Source: Pseudomonadota bacterium
Lineage (GTDB): Bacteria > Campylobacterota > Campylobacteria > Campylobacterales > Sulfurimonadaceae
DNA: 64,000 bases
Reading direction: 5' to 3'
Assembly (NCBI GenBank): GCA_043797085.1
Contig: JAZDQA010000007.1
Location: 84,603 to 148,602 of the forward strand
Shown here: piece after piece, positions 57,717 through 64,000 of the stretch
Layout: every line of letters begins with the position of its first letter
How positions within the stretch are numbered: the first letter of the stretch is position 1
Made by a program: the position numbers and the translations under genes
Notes under the pieces: generated by a model
The model's database searches: none
Seen by the model: only the letters and a program-made list of their open reading frames with translations
What the model was told of the DNA's origin: nothing

Positions 57717-60308
57717 ATGATGTTTGAACAGTATAAGAGCTCGTCGTATGATGAAATGTTTGATAAAAATGGAGTTGTACGAGAGCATTGGAAGCAGTTG
57801 GCAGCTAATCTCGAAGAACTGGGGTGTGACCAGCTGGAAGCAAAACGTCAAGAGATTGATTGGCGCTTAGAAGACAACGGTGTTACCTATAATGTCTACA
57901 ATGACCCCAACGGGATGTCCAGACCATGGAGCCTTGACCCGATTCCGCTTATTTTAGAAAGCAGTGACTGGAAAAATATTGAAGAAGGGGTAAGACAGCG
58001 GGCAACGCTTATGAACTTACTTTTCAAAGACATTTATGGTGAACAGCGGATTTTAAAAGAGGATATCATTCCCTGCGAAGTCATTTTTCCTCATAGTGGT
58101 TTTTTGCGTGAAGCGCATGGATTGTTCGATCATCTCGATTATCCGATGATGATGGTTGCTGTGGATTTAGCGCGAGGACCCGATGGTAAAATGTGGGTAG
58201 TAAGCGACCGAACGCAAGCCCCTTCAGGATTGGGATATGCGGTTGAAAATCGGCTGACAATGAACAGTGCGATGCAAGTATTGTACAAAAATATTTCGAT
58301 TCGACGACTGCATGTTTTTTTCGATTCTTTCAAGACCATGCTTTTAGGATTGGGAAAAAATAGCTCTAGAGAACCGCTCAATGTTCTTCTTTCACCCGGT
58401 CCACATAATGAAACGTATTTTGAACATGCTTATTTGAGTTCTTTTTTAGGGCTTACCCTCGTCCAAGGACAAGATTTATTGGCAAAGGGCGGAGCTTTAT
58501 GGCTTAAAAGTCTAAAAGGCTTACGCCGCATCGATGCGATAGTTCGACGGGTGGATGAGAGTTATTGTGACCCATTGGAACTGCGTGCCGATTCTAAGCT
58601 TGGCGTCTCTGGATTGGTTCAGGTCCTGCGTAAAAAAGGGGTCTCGATGGCAAACCCTTTAGGTGCAGGTGTTTTGGAAAATTTGGGGCTCTATCCCTTT
58701 TTACCGATACTTGCCCGTTATTTTTTAAATGAAGAATTGATTTTACCTCAGATTGCAACATGGTGGTGCGGTCAAGACAAAGAGCGTGACTACGTTCTTA
58801 AAAACCTCTCAACTTTAGTGATTAAAACCATTGATCGTAATGCGGATGAGCCTTCTTTGTATGTGGGCAAAAACTTATCTTCCGAAGAACTTGGGGCTTT
58901 ACGACAAAAAATTCAGGAGCAGCCGTATCGTTATGTAGGTCAAGAAGAGGTTCAATTTGCTACGGCTCCAACTTTTATCCAAGGTGAGGTCGTTCCCAGA
59001 AAAGTGGTTATACGCTCGTTTGCTATAAAAGCAGAGACTTCCTATGAGGTAATGCCGGGCGCGTTGGTACGAGTAGGCAGCAGTGATGATGCATTGGCAG
59101 TTTCAGGTCAAGTAGGAGGAAGCAGTAAGGATCTTTGGATTTCAAGTCAACCGGATACTGCTCTCCCATCGGCATCAACAACTCAAATAATGTCTCAAAG
59201 TATGGGACAAGATTCGATGCAAAGCATGTCTCAAATGTCGTTGCAAGCTACTGCACCGATGGCAATGGCCAATGTTTTTAAAGCGAGAGGCGGATTAGAA
59301 AATTCATTAGAAAATATCCCGACTCTTCGAGCCGAAAATCTTTTTTGGCTCGGGCGCTATTTGATGCGCTCCATTACGAGTGCTCGGATGATTCGAATGA
59401 CCCTTAAAAGCCTTGCCAATTCCACACGTTATAATCGTAATGGGGATGATCAAGTGCAAGAGATATTGTGCAGCGCATTAACCCATTTGAGTATGACTTA
59501 TCCAGGATTTTTGGGTATAAAAGATCAGAAAATCACAGATCCTTTAAGTGAGATTTGGTCGGTTATGTCGGACTCGACACGTGTTGGATCGTTGTCTCAG
59601 GTGATAATGATGCTTTCTAATGCCAGCACCAGCACCAAAAATCTTTTACCGTTAGAGGGATGGAGAATATTTGACCGGTTATCGCGCGAGTGGAGTGAGT
59701 TTACCCATCAAAGCAAACCTGCGCATCGAGATATGATTGCGGGAGTGGATAAGCTACTCGTACATCTAATGGCGTACAAAGCACTCATCGAAGAGACATT
59801 ATTTGCAGAACAAGGTCTTGTTTTGTATGATATAGGGGCACGATTAGAGCGTTCAAGTCTATTGATTGCAAAAGCTCGGGCAATGCTCACGTCTGTGTAT
59901 GAGCCTTTTGTTGAATACGAAATTTTAGAAGCACTGTTGGGAACGAGTGAGAGTTTAAATGCGTATCGGGCACATTATCGCTCTTCCATTGAGTTTGCTC
60001 ATGTGAGTGAGTTTTTACTCCTTGATATACATTTTCCAAAATCACTTATTAGTGAGATCAACCAATTATTAAAGGCGTTGCCAAAATTGCCAAAATTTAA
60101 ACATGAAATGTATCTCAGTCGGTATGAACAGCCTCTTTTTGAAGCTTTTTCTCTCTTACGGCTTGAGCGAACCGAAAATTTGTGTGTTGTAGAAAAAGAT
60201 GTTTTTATTCGCAATACTATGGATGCATTGCTGTCCTCTATTGCGGATAAGCTGATTGTCTCAGCCGATGAATTGTCCAAAACCTATTTTTCCCATTACG
60301 ATGAGTAG
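57717..60308 (+). CDS. Circularly permuted type 2 ATP-grasp protein fused to alpha-E domain
   Basis: YDEM, DRTQAPSG, YFEH, DPLEL, GGSSKDLW; alpha-E ENLFWLGRY and RLER. Confidence 0.9.
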   Translation: MMFEQYKSSSYDEMFDKNGVVREHWKQLAANLEELGCDQLEAKRQEIDWRLEDNGVTYNVYNDPNGMSRPWSLDPIPLILESSDWKNIEEGVRQRATLMNLLFKDIYGEQRILKEDIIPCEVIFPHSGFLREAHGLFDHLDYPMMMVAVDLARGPDGKMWVVSDRTQAPSGLGYAVENRLTMNSAMQVLYKNISIRRLHVFFDSFKTMLLGLGKNSSREPLNVLLSPGPHNETYFEHAYLSSFLGLTLVQGQDLLAKGGALWLKSLKGLRRIDAIVRRVDESYCDPLELRADSKLGVSGLVQVLRKKGVSMANPLGAGVLENLGLYPFLPILARYFLNEELILPQIATWWCGQDKERDYVLKNLSTLVIKTIDRNADEPSLYVGKNLSSEELGALRQKIQEQPYRYVGQEEVQFATAPTFIQGEVVPRKVVIRSFAIKAETSYEVMPGALVRVGSSDDALAVSGQVGGSSKDLWISSQPDTALPSASTTQIMSQSMGQDSMQSMSQMSLQATAPMAMANVFKARGGLENSLENIPTLRAENLFWLGRYLMRSITSARMIRMTLKSLANSTRYNRNGDDQVQEILCSALTHLSMTYPGFLGIKDQKITDPLSEIWSVMSDSTRVGSLSQVIMMLSNASTSTKNLLPLEGWRIFDRLSREWSEFTHQSKPAHRDMIAGVDKLLVHLMAYKALIEETLFAEQGLVLYDIGARLERSSLLIAKARAMLTSVYEPFVEYEILEALLGTSESLNAYRAHYRSSIEFAHVSEFLLLDIHFPKSLISEINQLLKALPKLPKFKHEMYLSRYEQPLFEAFSLLRLERTENLCVVEKDVFIRNTMDALLSSIADKLIVSADELSKTYFSHYDE

Positions 60309-61209
60309 CCCTATGTTGTATCAAATTTATCACAGCACTCAGTTTACCTATCAGCAGTGGGTCAGTTTTAGTCACAATTTAGTTCGTCTGAAACCTCGAA
60401 ATACTCAGTCCCAAACCTTGGTTGATTTTTCATTATCTACCGATCCTGCAGTGGCTGAGATGGAGAGCTATGATGATTATTTCGGCAATCATCTTTATCA
60501 TATGCTCATACGTCAGCCGCATCATCATTTAAAAGTAACAGCACGTTCTTGTGTTGCAATGGACAGTGAAGCGATTGATCAACACTTAGCTTTGGCGCAG
60601 GAAGCACGATTATCCAGTTATGCACAGGTATTAAATGCACTGAGGGCAAATACAAGCGATGTTATTGACGCAAAACAGTTTTGCCTTCCAAGTCGTTTTG
60701 TAGCGCAAGCAAGCCGTGATGTGCACGAATACGCACGGCTCTCTTTTTCAGCTGATAAATCTCTGTATGACAGCGTAGAAGAGTTTATGGGTCGAATTTT
60801 TAATGATTTTCAATTTGTATCAGGATTTAGTGATCTTAGCACACCGGTAGATGAAGTCTTTAGGGAACGCAAAGGGGTATGTCAGGATTTTTCCCACTTA
60901 GCGATAGCCGCATTGCGTTCGCTAGGGTTAAGTGCCCGCTATATGAGTGGATATTTAGAGACCCTTCCCTCTGAGGGAAGCGAGAAATTTTTTGGCGCGG
61001 ATGCCTCTCATGCATGGTTTTCTCTCTTTATCCCGGGATTTGGATGGTTTGATTTTGACCCTACGAACAACATTGTCCCATCTCATCAACATATTGTTTT
61101 GGGATACGGGCGTGATTATGGCGACTGCTCACCCATGCAAGGGGTAGTTCAAGGCAGCGGAGTGAGTCATTTGAATGTAATGGTCGATGTCTCACGCGAT
61201 GAGGCTTGA
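60301..61209 (+). CDS. Transglutaminase family protein
   Basis: GVCQDFSH, ARYMSGY, ASHAW, FDPTN, GRDYGD; ATG at 60301 or 60313. Confidence 0.92.
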   Translation: MSSPMLYQIYHSTQFTYQQWVSFSHNLVRLKPRNTQSQTLVDFSLSTDPAVAEMESYDDYFGNHLYHMLIRQPHHHLKVTARSCVAMDSEAIDQHLALAQEARLSSYAQVLNALRANTSDVIDAKQFCLPSRFVAQASRDVHEYARLSFSADKSLYDSVEEFMGRIFNDFQFVSGFSDLSTPVDEVFRERKGVCQDFSHLAIAALRSLGLSARYMSGYLETLPSEGSEKFFGADASHAWFSLFIPGFGWFDFDPTNNIVPSHQHIVLGYGRDYGDCSPMQGVVQGSGVSHLNVMVDVSRDEA

Positions 61210-61274
61210 GGGATGAGTATTTTTTAATCACTTTCGTAGTGCAACGGTAATCTTTTTGATCTATCATACGTTTT

Positions 61275-61757
61275 ATGAAAGTGATAAAAATACAATTATT
61301 TTATGTGTTACTGCTGATGATGGGCGTTGCTGATAGTTTTGCAGCAGAACTCTCAACAAAACGGATGGTTTCAATGATTCGTCCACTGGAACAGTATGCA
61401 ATGCAATATGGAGAGGGTGATATTAAAGCATACGTATTCGTTGATCCGAAATGCCCCCATTCACGAGATTTTATCTCGATGATCCATGATAATGAAAAAA
61501 TGCGGGGAATTTATCGTTACTACATCTTTTTTTATGAACTCAAACGCTTTAATTCCCATAAACTTATCGGCACTATTTACGCATCTTCATCTCCTTTACA
61601 AAAAATGTTAGAAGTCATGGCAGGAGGTAAAGAGATTGAGCCGTTATCTTCCCTTTCGCCCCAAATTGAAGAACAGATAAGTGATATTGAGCATGTTGCT
61701 ACAGCATTGGGCGTGAATAAACGTCCCTATTTAATTATTGCAAAAGAGTGGAATTAA
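61275..61757 (+). CDS. Secreted thioredoxin-fold protein (DsbC/DsbG-like) with CxxS
   Basis: Signal peptide; YVFVDPKCPHS; LGVNKRP cis-Pro loop. Confidence 0.65.
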   Translation: MKVIKIQLFYVLLLMMGVADSFAAELSTKRMVSMIRPLEQYAMQYGEGDIKAYVFVDPKCPHSRDFISMIHDNEKMRGIYRYYIFFYELKRFNSHKLIGTIYASSSPLQKMLEVMAGGKEIEPLSSLSPQIEEQISDIEHVATALGVNKRPYLIIAKEWN

Positions 61758-61759
61758 TT

Positions 61760-63853
61760 ATGTATTATCATACACCGAACGTTTCAAAATTTGTTCGTTA
61801 TATTCGTCGATTTCGAGCATGGATACTACTTGCCTTTGTCCTGTGCTCAGCAATAGCACTTAACCTATTACGACCTGAAATTATTTCCTCAGATACGCTT
61901 TATTGGCTCAGCGAATCCAAAGAGTATCAAAAAACCAAAGACAATAAATTTGAAACGGTTTATGTCAGTCGTCTAAGTGTAGATGTCCCTGTATTTAATA
62001 ATCAATCAAAAGCCGTATTAAGCGCACTGCAATCTGAACTTGAATACCGTAAGGATATTACAAAAGTAGAATCTTTGTTTTCATCCTATAAAATTTATAA
62101 TGACGGCGGAGATGAATCGGCGATGATTAGGGCCTTGCCGATTCATGAACTGGATGCATCTAAAATCGAAGGCTTTATTCGTTTATTTCCTCAACAGTAC
62201 AAACAATTTGTGGATTCTGATTTTAAACATTTTTATTTTACGATTGAATCCAATTCATCCATCGATCCTTCATCCTTTAAAATACCCTATGCCTATCATT
62301 ATTCTACACTAAGCTCTGAAGCACAGTTCCGCCATTATGCAGGATATATTTTTATTTTTGTTACGATGATACTTTTTATGTCAAGATGGCTGTTTAAAAA
62401 TTATATTGCAGCTATCGGGGCGTTGAGTGTTACTGTATTAACGATGATATTCACATTTGGTATCATTAAAGTGCTAACGGGACATAATCAAGTCCACATT
62501 GCAATGACATTAATGGTTTTGAGTGTTTCTATCGGTCATTTTCTCTATTTTTATTATCGATGGCACGTATCCCAGTTTAAAAGTGATTCTATACGAGCCA
62601 TGGAAAAAAGCATTGATCGCAATCTTTCTCCTGCGCTTTGGACATTACCGATTTTAGCTATTAGCTTGGGATCACTGCTTTTTGTTGATTCCATTATTAT
62701 TGAAATGTTAAGTTTAAGTTTATTGGTCTCTTCAGCAATGGCATACTTTATTAATATTACATTTTTACCGGCGCTGCTTAGCTATTTTACCGTTAAGCAT
62801 CCTCGTGTAGGATTTGCGAGGACGTGTTATGGATTCGCAAACCGTGAAATTCATTACAGCCCACGACTTCTTCAGCTTTTTATTGCGCTGACAGTCATTA
62901 TTATGGCGGTAATCGTTTTACGATTTGGTGCCGGATCTCAAAGTATGTTTGACACGCAAGTGAAACATCAAACTATCACGTTAAAACTTCCTTTTGAAGA
63001 GATTGATCTCTCAACAATTAAACAATTAGAACGATTTGAAATGGATTTACGACAGAATAATTCTGGGATTGAAAAAGTAGATTCGATTCAGAGTGTTTTA
63101 CATCAGCTTGATATGGCAAGTTCACCCAAAGGTCCTCTTGATGAACAACGGGTACTTCAAGCACTATTTTTCTTAGAACTTTACGATATGGAACACAAGT
63201 ATATTGAGGATAAAGCACTTAATATTACGATTACATTGGAAAATGCCGATCATTCTGCTGTAATTCGATGGTTGAAAGGGTATAAGAATCTTCCACTGTA
63301 TTTTACGGATCGAGATACTCTCTCTGAAAGTGCAAAAATGGATAAGAGAATTGTATTGGCCTCTTCACTCTTTTCCGCACTTGTTATGATTGGTGTTGTC
63401 ATGGGATTGGTATTTCGATCATTAAAAATTGGATTTGTAGGTTTTATTGCAAATACAATACCCGTCATATGGTTTGGGCTCTTTATCATTGTCTTTAATT
63501 TTACCCTTAGTATCGAAGCATTGATCGCGATGACCATATCGGTAGGATTGACATCAGATACTATTATTCATTTTGCATACAAATATTTTAGGAGTCGATA
63601 TTTTGGTCGAACAAAAAAACATGCACTGGAGATTATGTTCTTCTATGCAGGTGTTCCTACGATAGTAGGAGCAATTGTTTTAATGGGAGTATTTGGATTG
63701 TTGAGTTTGACAGGTCTTGAGACATTAGTTCTCATTGGAGGCTACGGAGTCGTCCTTATGTTCTTTTCATTAATAAGCGATTTGTTCATTTTGCCTGTAT
63801 TGTTATTGGCAATTGATGAGCAAAAAGATACAAATACAACGTATAGAAATTAA
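61760..63853 (+). CDS. MMPL/RND-family membrane protein
   Basis: Two repeats of periplasmic plus TM blocks; FLPALL, GLTSDTIIHF, DLFILPVLL. Confidence 0.8.
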   Translation: MYYHTPNVSKFVRYIRRFRAWILLAFVLCSAIALNLLRPEIISSDTLYWLSESKEYQKTKDNKFETVYVSRLSVDVPVFNNQSKAVLSALQSELEYRKDITKVESLFSSYKIYNDGGDESAMIRALPIHELDASKIEGFIRLFPQQYKQFVDSDFKHFYFTIESNSSIDPSSFKIPYAYHYSTLSSEAQFRHYAGYIFIFVTMILFMSRWLFKNYIAAIGALSVTVLTMIFTFGIIKVLTGHNQVHIAMTLMVLSVSIGHFLYFYYRWHVSQFKSDSIRAMEKSIDRNLSPALWTLPILAISLGSLLFVDSIIIEMLSLSLLVSSAMAYFINITFLPALLSYFTVKHPRVGFARTCYGFANREIHYSPRLLQLFIALTVIIMAVIVLRFGAGSQSMFDTQVKHQTITLKLPFEEIDLSTIKQLERFEMDLRQNNSGIEKVDSIQSVLHQLDMASSPKGPLDEQRVLQALFFLELYDMEHKYIEDKALNITITLENADHSAVIRWLKGYKNLPLYFTDRDTLSESAKMDKRIVLASSLFSALVMIGVVMGLVFRSLKIGFVGFIANTIPVIWFGLFIIVFNFTLSIEALIAMTISVGLTSDTIIHFAYKYFRSRYFGRTKKHALEIMFFYAGVPTIVGAIVLMGVFGLLSLTGLETLVLIGGYGVVLMFFSLISDLFILPVLLLAIDEQKDTNTTYRN

Positions 63854-63878
63854 ATTGATAAATTCTTTCCATTAGCTC

Positions 63879-63980
63879 TTGACATTCATCACGAAATCCC
63901 CTATAATTCCCGTCCACAAACACTGGGAAGCCATTAAAAGCCAACTAGATTTGAGTTTGAGATCATTGAAAACTAAGCAG
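63879..63980 (+). promoter_or_regulatory. Consensus sigma70 promoter and leader, probably of an rRNA operon beyond the window
   Basis: TTGACA 63879-63884, 17 bp, TATAAT 63902-63907, GC-rich discriminator TCCCGTCC, boxA-like GATCATTGAAAACTA from 63961. Confidence 0.75.
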
Positions 63981-64000
63981 AAGTGACGGTCAGGCGAATG

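Noticed and set aside
988..63537. Many 60-170 aa ORFs antisense to or nested in longer genes
   Set aside because: They overlap well-supported genes in other frames and show no motifs; treated as shadow ORFs
1..64000. CRISPR array or tRNA genes
   Set aside because: No regularly spaced repeats seen; the only tRNA-like structure is the tmRNA

Overview
Chromosomal window from a Campylobacterota (epsilonproteobacterial) bacterium, probably a Sulfuricurvum/Sulfurimonas-like sulfur oxidiser (inferred from protein families, gene order and the tmRNA tag; no search was run). From left to right: (1) 1-15 kb, a respiratory/sulfide module with cytochrome bd (cydAB), NifX-like proteins and a DUF134 regulator, three different sulfide:quinone oxidoreductase-family flavoproteins (SqrF-like, a Tat-exported SqrB/FccB-like one and SqrD-like), a DUF3373 porin, a 55-aa ORF missing from the ORF track, a catalytically degenerate peptide-deformylase/membrane fusion and a hybrid kinase/response regulator. 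(2) 15-25.7 kb, housekeeping genes (hemN, Fe-S oxidoreductase, HugZ-like, lgt, a two-component pair with Spy/CpxP, ruvB, panB, Hpt, trpA). (3) tmRNA followed by a ~4 kb decayed islet: degenerate att-like repeat, mobile-mystery-protein-A-like HTH with twin operators, an AbiEi/AbiEii-type toxin-antitoxin pair between 21-bp inverted repeats, a frameshifted SRPBCC gene and a second HTH remnant. (4) 30.3-53.4 kb, a 26-gene aryl polyene-dialkylresorcinol (flexirubin/arcuflavin-like) type II PKS cluster. (5) A transglutaminase / circularly permuted ATP-grasp / alpha-E peptide-ligase operon, a CxxS thioredoxin-fold plus MMPL pair, and a probable rRNA operon promoter at the right edge. All family assignments are from recognised motifs, not database hits.
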